This document shows, in pieces, positions 49,568 through 59,505 of a stretch of 64,000 nucleotides of DNA; position 1 is the first letter of the stretch; each line of letters begins with the position of its first letter. The position numbers and the translations under genes were made by a program. The notes under the pieces are model-generated. The model was not told where the DNA came from. It did not search any database and was given only the letters and a program-made list of their open reading frames with translations. This stretch comes from Candidatus Parvarchaeum acidophilus ARMAN-5 (GTDB taxonomy: Archaea; Nanobdellota; Nanobdellia; Parvarchaeales; Parvarchaeaceae). The stretch lies in assembly GCA_002412085.1 (NCBI GenBank), contig GG745546.1, positions 1,390 to 65,389 on the forward strand, in the 5' to 3' direction.

Positions 49568-51035
49568 ATTCTCTAAATATGTAAAGAAATTGGATAATTT
49601 CGTTTATACCAACAGGAAGTACCTGATACTTGCTTACCTTATAATATCAATAATATTCTTTTTCCTGCAGTTCAAGATTTTGAATAATTGGGACATGCTT
49701 GTGCGTATACTAAATTCAAACTACTTATTCCACGGCGGTTCATACTTTGAGAATCAGCGTGCCCTGTTGGAGAGTTTTACTATAGGCTTGCTGTCCTTTG
49801 TTTTCGGAGCATATGCGGTATATGCATTCATAGCCCTTTTCACAGCTATATTCTTTGTAGCAGTGTACTTTTTCTGCAAGGCATTCAAAATCGAATATAT
49901 ACTTGTGCTAGGTATACTGCTTAACCCGTTCTTCCTGTTTTATGCAATAAAAAACGGATCTGAACTTCCAATGTATAGCTTCCTAATACTGTTCGTATCT
50001 TTTATACGTTTGAAAAAACCTATCGCTGGACTTTTCATGGCTCTTGCATTCGTATCAAAGTATGACAGCCTGTTCTTTCTTCCGTTATATCTTTTTATAA
50101 TCGACAGAAACCTGCTGAAGTCTGTAAAGAGAATATTAATGTTGATAGGAATAACATTACTGGCATTGGTCCCATTTTTTGTATACAACGCTTTGACATA
50201 CCATGATATGTTTTTCTCTTTCTTTATGTCACTTAACCAGAATGCACCAGCTGTAAGTTCATTTTCTGTTTCAAACGCTTCTGCTTTTTACACTGGTTTC
50301 TTGGAACTGCTGGTATTAGTACCACTAATTTTTATGGTGATATTTCTAAACTGGAAGAAACTATATAGAATAATCAAAAATAAAATCAGAGACATAGCTA
50401 TTTTATCTTCTATGGCTGCACTTTCGATGTTAATTTACATATTCGCGAGCGGACTGTACGTAAATGGACTCGGAAGTTATAGATTTTTCCTTCTATTTAC
50501 AGTATCGCTGACACTTTTGTTATCATTATTCACAAACAGGAAAATGCTGCTCTTAACAGTATTATTCTTCATCGTTTCCGTGATAATAGCATACCATATG
50601 CTTTTGCTCCAGCCACTCTTATCAAATACATTAACGGAGCAGACAAGCGCAGCAAAAACATTGCTTATACAAAAATACGGCACAGATAACTGTACGGTAC
50701 AGTCAAATAATTGGGTTTATCTTGATTATTATGGAATAAGCGCTACCTATATAAGAGGCGTGCAAAATTATTCTCAGTACCCTATTATAAATTTCGGAAA
50801 GCTATCTGGAAATTATACTTTTTACGGTGAAAAAGATGGTATATACCTTTATACTTACGGAATATCTAATACAAAATGCAGCTTCACTCCGGTGATAGAT
50901 TTAAAGTATGGGGTTAATTACGACATTAACCTTTCAAGAGAGAATTCTTCTCTCGGATGTAAAATGCTTTATGATAAAGTGCATTCTAGTTTAGTATTTT
51001 CGATGTGTAAATTTATAATAAAGGAAACGAATTAA
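49554..51035 (+). CDS. Large polytopic membrane protein, probable GT-C-fold glycosyltransferase.
   Basis: >10 TM helices with loop composition resembling ArnT/PMT-like GT-C enzymes. Start set at the internal Met to avoid overlap with the previous gene (ORF track start is 49509). Confidence 0.4.
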   Translation: MKTTKFSKYVKKLDNFVYTNRKYLILAYLIISIIFFFLQFKILNNWDMLVRILNSNYLFHGGSYFENQRALLESFTIGLLSFVFGAYAVYAFIALFTAIFFVAVYFFCKAFKIEYILVLGILLNPFFLFYAIKNGSELPMYSFLILFVSFIRLKKPIAGLFMALAFVSKYDSLFFLPLYLFIIDRNLLKSVKRILMLIGITLLALVPFFVYNALTYHDMFFSFFMSLNQNAPAVSSFSVSNASAFYTGFLELLVLVPLIFMVIFLNWKKLYRIIKNKIRDIAILSSMAALSMLIYIFASGLYVNGLGSYRFFLLFTVSLTLLLSLFTNRKMLLLTVLFFIVSVIIAYHMLLLQPLLSNTLTEQTSAAKTLLIQKYGTDNCTVQSNNWVYLDYYGISATYIRGVQNYSQYPIINFGKLSGNYTFYGEKDGIYLYTYGISNTKCSFTPVIDLKYGVNYDINLSRENSSLGCKMLYDKVHSSLVFSMCKFIIKETN

Positions 51036-51067
51036 AATTATTTAAGTTGAAATGAATAAGAGGATTA

Positions 51068-52336
51068 ATGATATACGCTAAATTACTGCTGGAGATAATG
51101 TCGGGATTGGTACTTTTCCTGATATTTTTCTGGCTTTTTATATATTTTGACATAATAGAAAAAAAACACCGCATTAAAAAGCTAAAAGAAATACCAAAAA
51201 TAGCTGTTATTATACCTACGCTTTTTGAGGGAGAAGATCTGCGTTTATCGGTTGAGAGTGTCTTAAACAGCGACTACCCAAAAAATAAAATAAACATATA
51301 TATAGGATTAAACAAAGCGACAGACAAAAAGACCAGATCTGTAGCATATTCCTTCAAAAATAAACTCGTAAAGGTCGTTGATACGGGAATAAACGGAAAA
51401 GCGGCTGTGATGAATTATGTCATTAAGAACTTTGTAAAGGAAGATTTTGTCGCAAGCCTCGATGCAGATTCCATAGCTGACAAATCAATGCTGAAGAAGC
51501 TGATACGGCCATTCAGTGATGAAAGCGTCGGGGCTGTAACTCCCTCAGTAGCAGTATACAATCCAAAGAAATTTGTACAGTCTATACAGAAATACGATTA
51601 CATCTTTTCTATAGTTCTTAGAAAAGCATTCAGCTATGTAGGTACCTTGATAGTAGCGCCGGGTCCTGGTTCAATATTCAGGAGATCTGCAATAGAGAAA
51701 ATAGGATACTTTGACGAGAAAAACATAACCGAAGATATGGAGATAGCGATACATCTCTTAGTTGAAGGTTACAAAGTAGAAAATGTCATAGATGCCTTTT
51801 CTTACACTATAGCTCCGAGTTCTTTTTACGCCCTGTTCAAACAAAGAGGCAGGTGGTACTCTGGTTTCTTCTTTAACATGTTAAAGTACAGGAGTAAGAT
51901 ACTAAAGCAGAACGAAAACGGCAGAATCGACAAGAATATAATGTTTCTTATATTCTTATCGGTTGCTTTTTCAATAATTGCCCTGCCACTTGTTGGTTAC
52001 TATATATATTATTACTTATCAACTATCTTCATCAATGTATCCACTGTCGGCATACAGTTTTCACTGCATGAACTATACCAGATCATGGTAGACTCTTTTT
52101 ACAGCTTTGATACTTTGTCTTTCCTTGGTATATTTTTGCTCTTATTCGGGTTATACTCTCTTTTCTACGCATTGAAAGCAATAACAAAAAAGGTCGACAC
52201 CGTAAAGGACACTATATATATAGCGCTGTACGTTACTCTATTCTCTTATTTTCTGGGACTTACGTGGTTATATGGTTTTATAAACGCAACGTTACTAAAT
52301 AAAAGAATAGCATGGAAAATAAAAAGTCGCAACTAA
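51068..52336 (+). CDS. Processive GT2 glycosyltransferase (cellulose/chitin-synthase-like, Q-x-x-R-W family).
   Basis: N-terminal TM, AVIIPT, DADS(I), TEDMEI and KQRGRWYSG (QxxRW) motifs, C-terminal TM bundle. Confidence 0.75.
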   Translation: MIYAKLLLEIMSGLVLFLIFFWLFIYFDIIEKKHRIKKLKEIPKIAVIIPTLFEGEDLRLSVESVLNSDYPKNKINIYIGLNKATDKKTRSVAYSFKNKLVKVVDTGINGKAAVMNYVIKNFVKEDFVASLDADSIADKSMLKKLIRPFSDESVGAVTPSVAVYNPKKFVQSIQKYDYIFSIVLRKAFSYVGTLIVAPGPGSIFRRSAIEKIGYFDEKNITEDMEIAIHLLVEGYKVENVIDAFSYTIAPSSFYALFKQRGRWYSGFFFNMLKYRSKILKQNENGRIDKNIMFLIFLSVAFSIIALPLVGYYIYYYLSTIFINVSTVGIQFSLHELYQIMVDSFYSFDTLSFLGIFLLLFGLYSLFYALKAITKKVDTVKDTIYIALYVTLFSYFLGLTWLYGFINATLLNKRIAWKIKSRN

Positions 52337-53004
52337 AGAAGAACAAAACAAAGCTATTGCTTGCCGCTTTGGCTATAACCTTTGCTATCTCAACTGCATT
52401 CGCGCTTGGATATATTATCGCAAACGTAAAAGTACCTTTATTGCAGTCGCAGCTTAGTTCATATGAACAGTCGATACAATCGCTTTCGGTACTTTCAAAT
52501 ATAGGCACTTCAAACTCTACTCTTTCATGCTCATTTATGGAAGGTGGTTTATCCTCTCTAGATCAGGAACTTCAGAATTTAAACAGTGAGATAACATCTG
52601 CTGATACAAATTCTCTATATAGCAGTTACTATTCAAATCTGATAAAACAGCTCACATACACCAGGATAAACTACTGGCTTTTGGCACAGAGAATAAAAAC
52701 GCAGTGCGGATACCAAATAGCCAATGTGCTAATGCTATATCCTCAAAACGGCTGCTCAAACTGCGGAACAGAAGGTTCTGAACTTTACTACCTTGAACAA
52801 AAATCAAACTACACTATTATAGCTACAGTTATAGACGCAGACATTAACATAAGCCAAGTAGAGACAATAGACAGAATTTACAACGTAACTACCTATCCTA
52901 CTTTGATAATAAATGAGAATAATACTTATGTGGGTTATGAAAACACACAACAACTGCAAAAAACTATCTGTGAATATTCTCCTAAGCTAGATATATGCAG
53001 CTAG
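52312..53004 (+). CDS. N-terminally anchored extracellular thioredoxin-fold protein (CxxC).
   Basis: TM anchor, then a low-complexity linker, then ...YPQNGCSNCGTEG... and a cis-Pro-like TYPTLII motif typical of the Trx fold. Confidence 0.4.
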   Translation: MENKKSQLKKNKTKLLLAALAITFAISTAFALGYIIANVKVPLLQSQLSSYEQSIQSLSVLSNIGTSNSTLSCSFMEGGLSSLDQELQNLNSEITSADTNSLYSSYYSNLIKQLTYTRINYWLLAQRIKTQCGYQIANVLMLYPQNGCSNCGTEGSELYYLEQKSNYTIIATVIDADINISQVETIDRIYNVTTYPTLIINENNTYVGYENTQQLQKTICEYSPKLDICS

Positions 53005-54197
53005 CTCGACTTATACACTGCTTCTCCGAAAAGTTTTATCAGAAGTATAGTCGCATAGGAACCTTTTTTTAGATTGAATGTAATTATTGCGTCACCGCCT
53101 TCTTCTTTTATGGAGAAATCTTCGGGAAAAAACATAGAAGGGTGTTTGAAGCTTTTGAGACTTGCTTCCGGCATGCTGCTTATCTTAAACATATCTCTTC
53201 CTATTCCTTCTCTTTCTAATATACCGTTAATTATAGTTTCAAATTTTTCATCAAGAAGCATGTCATATCCTATTGTAGGTATATCTCCAGGTATTTCATC
53301 ATAACCTTCTTTCAATAACTCGCTTAAAGTTTGGTTAAAAACGTAATACTGGAAAGCCTGCAGGATAATAAGCCTTGAATACTTCGGCATTAGCCTTATG
53401 GCTCCCGCATAATCATTTTTATGCTCAAGTAAATAAGCTATTGATTCTTTTTCGAAATACATAAAGCCCGGTAGACTTGCGAGCACTTCCTTGATTTTTT
53501 CTCTGTCTAAATTATTGGTGTCATCCAGATTTATAGTCTCCCTTAATCCCTTCCTTTTATAGGCATTTAGTTTGGATTCTGCTCTCTCCTTTAAGACTAA
53601 GAGGAAAAAGGCTGTTTTGAAGTCTTTCTTTAGTATACTCTTTGAAACTTCTATATTCAATGAAGAAGAACCAAATCTTTGCGGACCATAAAAATTTGGT
53701 ATACCTTTTATTATCTCTTCCTTTAGTTTATCTAGGTCTTTGTTATTATCATTGAAATCCCTTACTTTTACAGTGAAATGATTGCCGTACAATTTTCCTA
53801 TTTTGCATGGATCATTGCTGTATGCTAAATCCCTTATAAAAATTCTATCCGTTGAAAATTTCAGGTTTTCTGCATCGAATTTGAAGATACTCATTTTCTG
53901 CGAGGTCAACGCTCTCTTATCCTTATTTCCATTATAAGCGATCCTTTTGAAGCTTATGTGCAGATTTCTTGAAAGTGATTTTACAGCCTCTGGAGTCGAT
54001 ACGCCTCTTTTTACCAAAGTAAACGTGAGAAAATCCTGTTTATCTCTAGATATATTTCCATCTGTCTTTACTACGCTTAATATCTCTCCGTTTTCTTCTA
54101 TTTCCTGAACTATAAAATCTTCTTCCCTCTCAAATAACTTACCAGAAAGATTAAAAGTATCAAAATATTTTATGCCTATGTTTTCGAGATTATCCAT
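53001..54197 (-). CDS. truD: tRNA pseudouridine synthase TruD (Pus7-like).
   Basis: NFYGPQRFG motif and TruD catalytic-domain pattern with the KDKRALTSQ Asp region. 398 aa. Confidence 0.75.
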   Translation of the reverse strand: MDNLENIGIKYFDTFNLSGKLFEREEDFIVQEIEENGEILSVVKTDGNISRDKQDFLTFTLVKRGVSTPEAVKSLSRNLHISFKRIAYNGNKDKRALTSQKMSIFKFDAENLKFSTDRIFIRDLAYSNDPCKIGKLYGNHFTVKVRDFNDNNKDLDKLKEEIIKGIPNFYGPQRFGSSSLNIEVSKSILKKDFKTAFFLLVLKERAESKLNAYKRKGLRETINLDDTNNLDREKIKEVLASLPGFMYFEKESIAYLLEHKNDYAGAIRLMPKYSRLIILQAFQYYVFNQTLSELLKEGYDEIPGDIPTIGYDMLLDEKFETIINGILEREGIGRDMFKISSMPEASLKSFKHPSMFFPEDFSIKEEGGDAIITFNLKKGSYATILLIKLFGEAVYKSS

Positions 54198-54202
54198 TAT
54201 AT

Positions 54203-54616
54203 TTAACTCTCTGGTATCTTAAAACATATGCCAGTGGCTACTACTTTATTGGGTTTAAAGGCATTGCACATTATACTTATATCATTCTTATACTGCGAAG
54301 CATTGTATTCACAGGAAGGGGAGTAATAACAGTATAAAGTTACGCCACATGCCGTGCTTAATACGCTTGAATTAACAGTTGATGCATTTTGACTGCAAAG
54401 CGCTGAACTTTGCGAAAGCTCTCTTGTCAGCTGCTGCCCATATAGAGATGCCTGAGAATCTAAATTTTGAACGTTTTTTTGCGCCGAAACTCCATTTAGA
54501 GTTATAGCTATAAAATACACTAAAACTACTATCGCTATGAAGAATATTATCGCTAAAACAAACTGAAAATTTATTTTTGTCTTTTCTCTCTCTTTTTTCC
54601 TTAATACTATCTTCAT
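54203..54616 (-). CDS. Small anchored Cys-rich extracellular protein (hypothetical).
   Basis: TM anchor plus 8 Cys in ~90 aa. Confidence 0.3.
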   Translation of the reverse strand: MKIVLRKKEREKTKINFQFVLAIIFFIAIVVLVYFIAITLNGVSAQKNVQNLDSQASLYGQQLTRELSQSSALCSQNASTVNSSVLSTACGVTLYCYYSPSCEYNASQYKNDISIMCNAFKPNKVVATGICFKIPES

Positions 54617-54682
54617 AATCAGAAATAAATATAAAAATAAAATGGGGGTAAAAACCCCCTTAAGTCATTATTGCAAAGTTGT

Positions 54683-57415
54683 TTAGTTAAGCGACTTTAC
54701 GCCTGTATAGCCTGCGCTACTGGCACTAAGTATAACCTTATTACCAGTCATGTTTACGTTTGTGATTGGCTCTCCAATAAGGAAAGATGCAACAACCTGC
54801 GAAGCTTCCAAAGTATCATTACCGCTATATCCTGCAATAAGCAATGCTGGCTCATTGTTAAATGCTTTTACATTGCTAAATAACTGAACCAAAGCTTCTC
54901 CGCTACTTACGTTTGTAGCATTGGTAAATGCAGATCCGTATTCTGGAGTTGTTGAATTGAATAACAATTCTGCTGCTGCAGTGTTTATTGCTGGACCTCC
55001 TATTACTATAACAGGTACAGCATTAGTAGTACTTGCAGTTGGCATGAACGCAGTATCAAACTTTACCAGATCTACATTATTTTTAAGTAGATTGGATGCG
55101 CTTACAGATGAAACACCGTTTATACCGAGTAGTTCACCTGCACCTACAGTCTGCCCAATTGTGTAATTAGTCACACTACTAACGACTTGTGAACCTGCTA
55201 CTGCTAGAGTATAGTTCTGTGTTGGTATCATTACGGTTGCATTTCCAGTACTTGATGCGTTGTCATACATTTTGACCTTACCATAATTAATCTTGGTTCC
55301 CCAAGTATTTGCAGAAGTGTTCTTTACATCAGTAAAGTATGTAGTGAAACTGCTTGGGTTTTCACTTATTGGTACTGAAACACTTGCACCAGTTGGATCA
55401 ATGTACTGCAAATCGTTGTTTGAGAACATTATCGATCCCAAATTACCACTAAGATTAAGCTCGTTCATTGATGCTCCTGCAGCATTATACACTACATTCT
55501 GTCCAGGTAACAAAGAATATTTAGTACCATTGTTATTAGGAGCAAATGTAAGACTTGGTCCTGTAAGTACTGGTTCGGCTATAAGTACTTTTTTAGTATG
55601 TTTATCCGTGCCATTAGTAACTGAAGTTAAGGTTACGTTAACATTTTTTAATGTAAGATTATAACCATCTAAGGAATAAATTTTACTAGAATTTATTTTA
55701 GTTGTTGCAAGCGGTATGGAAGTACTGTTATAGATAGCAAACCCGCTAACATTATAAGTTACACCACTATAAGTTAACGTTGCATTTGGCTTGCTAGAGA
55801 TAGTTGCGCTAAATACTACAGGTTTAAATGTTAACAGGAAGTCCTTTCCATTTGGAAGTTCGTACACAAAGTTTACCGTATTCTTTGTTGGAGCGTTAAC
55901 AACATTATCAATAGGTCCGCTTGTTGCATTGTAAAACAACGTGGCATTTCCTATAAGATTAGTTTTTACAGTAGACGGTAAATCCTTAAGATTGGTGTAA
56001 TAGTAAGCTGCATGAGTAGGTGCAGGGTATACATATTCGGAAGAACCATTTATTAAACTTGGATTTGTAAGAGTACCATTATTGTACGATTGAAAGTGTG
56101 CCAAATAATAATTTGGAGAACCAAAGTAATTTGAAGGTGCCACATTAGTTGAACTTCTAAAATTTGTACCAAAAGATACTCCGGGTAAATTATGTGTGTA
56201 ATTAAATGCTATTATTTTACTCATATTTGAGCCAGAGCCATTTTCAAAAGCAACAGGTATAATGCTGTCATTAACAGCTTTACCTGTGGTAATAGTAAGA
56301 TTCATTCCATTTGCATAATTGTGTGTTAATGGCTCGAGATCCAATGTAGTCAAATTCTGAGGGAAATTCAAAACCGAAGTGGTTTTGAAGTTGTATGGCA
56401 ATGTAGAATTGGTCGTACTGGTAAGAACGAATTCGCTTGAAGTGTTAGTTGCATTAAGCATGCTCAAACCAGAAGACAGTTTAGATGAAACTGCGCTGCT
56501 ATTCAGTCTTTGAACTACGCTTATGCTTGAAACCTGAAGCGACTTAAGGAAAGCTGTTCCATTTGTATACTTGAACAAACCCTCTGGGGTAAGTGTGACT
56601 TGTTTAACAGTAGTAGGCACATTAAGATTTATATATTGAGTTGCACCACCATTAACGCTTACTTCCACCTGACTCTGCGAAGCGTTAGCAATGTCCTCAA
56701 CTGCGCCCATTAAATCAATAGTGTTTCCTGCAACCGTCAGTGTAGTAGGCATTAAAACCGTTGTATACGTCTTCGATGCACCGAAAGATGCATTATCTTT
56801 GTTTATTGAAAGAAGTGTAGCCTTTGAGTTTCCAAAGAAGAAACTAGCGTTGGCCAATCCTACTGTATCATTCAAATTAATTTCTGTTCCATTTCTATAT
56901 TGTATATAGGAATTCAATGAGTAAGCACCTTTAGGTAACACTACGTTCAATCCATCGAACTTAGGAATTACAGATGAATTAAAGGAAAGATTCTCTACGC
57001 TTGTATAATTCACACCCTTTGAAGTAAAATTCTCAGCGGCTAGCATTATTGAACTAGGTTTAAATGCTGAAAAAGTTCCAGCGAGTAATGCATTCGTTGA
57101 TGTTTTTGATCTCAATGCCAATGTCCCTATGCTTATCTGTCCTGTCACTGATGAAGAATGACTTGCGGCAGCTGCTGCTGTCAATGCTGCTGATATATCA
57201 ATAGCACCTGCTATGTCTGAGGGAGCTGAATTTGCTCCTACTACGAATACTGCGTTAACATGACCGTTGCTAAGGAATTGGTTAGACGATGTTGGGCCTA
57301 GATTAGATAGACCACTTGCAAATACGCTTGCCATTCCTAATGTTGCTCCTACAAAAAGAGCTCCTGTTGCTACTGCTGCTATTTTCTTTACTTTTCCTAT
57401 CAACTTTGCTTTCAT
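54683..57415 (-). CDS. Large secreted surface glycoprotein, S-layer protein candidate.
   Basis: 910 aa. Signal peptide MKAKLIGKVKKIAAVATGALFVGATLGMASVFA. Many N-x-S/T sequons. Long AT-rich 5' leader. Adjacent to the glycosyltransferase genes. Confidence 0.45.
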   Translation of the reverse strand: MKAKLIGKVKKIAAVATGALFVGATLGMASVFASGLSNLGPTSSNQFLSNGHVNAVFVVGANSAPSDIAGAIDISAALTAAAAASHSSSVTGQISIGTLALRSKTSTNALLAGTFSAFKPSSIMLAAENFTSKGVNYTSVENLSFNSSVIPKFDGLNVVLPKGAYSLNSYIQYRNGTEINLNDTVGLANASFFFGNSKATLLSINKDNASFGASKTYTTVLMPTTLTVAGNTIDLMGAVEDIANASQSQVEVSVNGGATQYINLNVPTTVKQVTLTPEGLFKYTNGTAFLKSLQVSSISVVQRLNSSAVSSKLSSGLSMLNATNTSSEFVLTSTTNSTLPYNFKTTSVLNFPQNLTTLDLEPLTHNYANGMNLTITTGKAVNDSIIPVAFENGSGSNMSKIIAFNYTHNLPGVSFGTNFRSSTNVAPSNYFGSPNYYLAHFQSYNNGTLTNPSLINGSSEYVYPAPTHAAYYYTNLKDLPSTVKTNLIGNATLFYNATSGPIDNVVNAPTKNTVNFVYELPNGKDFLLTFKPVVFSATISSKPNATLTYSGVTYNVSGFAIYNSTSIPLATTKINSSKIYSLDGYNLTLKNVNVTLTSVTNGTDKHTKKVLIAEPVLTGPSLTFAPNNNGTKYSLLPGQNVVYNAAGASMNELNLSGNLGSIMFSNNDLQYIDPTGASVSVPISENPSSFTTYFTDVKNTSANTWGTKINYGKVKMYDNASSTGNATVMIPTQNYTLAVAGSQVVSSVTNYTIGQTVGAGELLGINGVSSVSASNLLKNNVDLVKFDTAFMPTASTTNAVPVIVIGGPAINTAAAELLFNSTTPEYGSAFTNATNVSSGEALVQLFSNVKAFNNEPALLIAGYSGNDTLEASQVVASFLIGEPITNVNMTGNKVILSASSAGYTGVKSLN

Positions 57416-57699
57416 ATTTTTACCTCACGTTTTTTTACTCGGACTTAACTTTATTTTAAGTGTTTAAGACTGACTAAGTCTTAACTATTTGATAAATTTC
57501 TTATTTAAAAAGCTTTGCTTTTTAAGTCTTTACTAACTGTAAGTAAAAAATTAAATAAGTTATAATACAATGATATATGACAAAATATTGGAATTTATTG
57601 CTTGGTTCAGTAAAACTACTTTAAACTTATCTAAAAATTTTGTAATTAAACGAAAAATTCAATATTGAGTTATAAAGTTAAAAATCTATAAGTTAAAAA

Positions 57700-58128
57700 T
57701 CAGCTGTTTATTGTTTTCTTTTTCAGTTCTTCGAGCTGCTGCGAAAGAAGTATCGTCTGGCCGGAAAATATTTTTATCTTCTGGTCCATGTCGGTCATTC
57801 TTCCCGATAAATCATTCAATAACCCCTGCAGATCCGCTGCGGAAAGTTTGACTTCTTTTTGAGATAACAGTTCTATCGACGAAGGAGCATAATCCATGAC
57901 AAAACCGAAAAGATCCATTACGTCTCCTTTTATCTTGAATTTTGAATAAGATGAGAAGAACCCGTCCTTTACTTCCTGTGGATCGGCGTATTCCACATCG
58001 CTTACCTCTAGTTTCTTTCCGTTCTCTTCTATACTATTTGTTATCTTTTTTAATGAATCTGTAACCGCTTCCTTTGGTTTTCCCATTATCTCTATTACAC
58101 ATCTTAATTCAAGTTCTCCTTCTGCCAT
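57700..58128 (-). CDS. Hypothetical cytoplasmic protein.
   Basis: ORF only. Confidence 0.3.
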   Translation of the reverse strand: MAEGELELRCVIEIMGKPKEAVTDSLKKITNSIEENGKKLEVSDVEYADPQEVKDGFFSSYSKFKIKGDVMDLFGFVMDYAPSSIELLSQKEVKLSAADLQGLLNDLSGRMTDMDQKIKIFSGQTILLSQQLEELKKKTINS

Positions 58129-58229
58129 GCTTATTTGTAAAACCGGTAATATTAATAAGTTATATCATTTGAAAAGAAAGCTGGCATAAAGATTCAAAAT
58201 GATTAATAGCTAGTATTACATAAAAATAA

Positions 58230-58787
58230 ATGGAAGAAGAAAAAATCGAATATCTTTTTAAGGAAATACTGAAAGAATTAGGCATAGATGAAAAAACGGA
58301 GGTGTTCGCTAACACCCCTAGAAGAATCGCAAAAGAATACAGAGAAATATTCTCCGGGATGGATGATAAAAGCGAACCTAATATAACGTTGTTTGAAAAC
58401 CCGGGATACAATGATATACTATCTATAAAAGATATTCCTTTTTACTCTATGTGCGAACACCACCTTCTGCCTTTCTTTGGAAAAGCTTCTATAGCTTACA
58501 TACCCGGTGATAAGATAGTTGGATTATCTAAGATACCAAGAATAGTAAAGTTCTTTTCAGCTAAACCGCAGGTTCAGGAAAGACTTACCAAAGAAATAGC
58601 TGACTTCATTGATAATAGAATAAAAGCCAAAGGAGTTCTTGTTATCATAAAAGCCAGACACATGTGCATGGAGATGCGCGGAGTAAGATCTGGCAATTCT
58701 GAGACAAGAAGCAGCGCCATCCGCGGTATTTTCAAGGAAAGCAATGAAACCAGAGAAGAAGCGCTAAAACTTTTATTGGAGAATTAA
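58230..58787 (+). CDS. folE: GTP cyclohydrolase I (FolE type).
   Basis: SMCEHHLLPFFGKASIAYIP and QVQERLT motifs. Confidence 0.85.
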   Translation: MEEEKIEYLFKEILKELGIDEKTEVFANTPRRIAKEYREIFSGMDDKSEPNITLFENPGYNDILSIKDIPFYSMCEHHLLPFFGKASIAYIPGDKIVGLSKIPRIVKFFSAKPQVQERLTKEIADFIDNRIKAKGVLVIIKARHMCMEMRGVRSGNSETRSSAIRGIFKESNETREEALKLLLEN

Positions 58788-59303
58788 ATGGCAGTCAAAG
58801 TAATCGTTTACATGCATATAACGGCTAATGGGATGATAGCTAGATCAGATGGAAGTGAGTTCTCCTCAAAAAAAGCCAGACAAGGCTTTCAGAATATGAT
58901 GGCTAAAGTCAATGTAAATATAGTCGGCAGGAATACATTTGAAATGTCTAGAAAAAATGGAAGTTTTCCTATGAAAGGTTTGAACGTTGTAGTTACTTCC
59001 CATAAAATAAAAAACTCGTTTGGAAAAGACGTAATAATAACAAATAGCAATCCAAAAAAAATAATAGAAATCGTAGAGAAACGCGGTTACAAGGAAGCAA
59101 TGGTCGGAGGGGGAGTTACGGCTGCGAACTTTCTTAAAGAAGGGCTTGTAAACGAAATATTCCTTGACATTGAACCTATAATATTTGGTAAAGGAATACC
59201 TGTATTTGCATACGAGAAATTCGAAAAAAAGCTCAAGCTTATCGACACAAAACGTATTTCTAATAATGAGATAAGACTGCATTATAAAGTACTGCAAAAT
59301 TGA
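58788..59303 (+). CDS. RibD C-terminal domain / dihydrofolate-reductase-like reductase.
   Basis: PF01872-like pattern: N-terminal IVYMHITANGMIA, NIVGRNTFE, a GGG loop, C-terminal LVNEIFLDIEPIIFGKG. Confidence 0.6.
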   Translation: MAVKVIVYMHITANGMIARSDGSEFSSKKARQGFQNMMAKVNVNIVGRNTFEMSRKNGSFPMKGLNVVVTSHKIKNSFGKDVIITNSNPKKIIEIVEKRGYKEAMVGGGVTAANFLKEGLVNEIFLDIEPIIFGKGIPVFAYEKFEKKLKLIDTKRISNNEIRLHYKVLQN

Positions 59304-59349
59304 TAACTAAAGCAAACTTAGTAAATCTTCTGCTATATATTATGTGATA

Positions 59350-59420
59350 TGCGCCAACCGGGATTCGCACCCGGGTCACTGGCTTGGGAAGCCAGAGTTC
59401 TGCTGCTAGACTATTGGCGC
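59350..59420 (-). tRNA. tRNA-Gly (anticodon CCC), slightly non-canonical.
   Basis: Reverse complement gives acceptor GCGCCAA/UUGGCGC, U8, anticodon loop UUCCCAA, T-arm CCGGG-UGCGAAU-CCCGG, discriminator A. The D-loop lacks GG and position 55 reads G. Confidence 0.55.
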
Positions 59421-59474
59421 AGGATATTGAACTTTATGCTGCTGTTTGTTTTATGTTTTTTCTTTTGAAATTAA

Positions 59475-59505
59475 AAACGGAAAGAAAAGATCCGTTTAAG
59501 TTTTT
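59475..59505. terminator. Hairpin (AAACGGA...TCCGTTT) flanked by T-runs on both strands; bidirectional terminator candidate.
   Basis: 7-bp stem / 9-nt loop followed by TTTTT on the + strand and immediately by a T-run on the - strand, in a gene-free interval. Confidence 0.3.
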
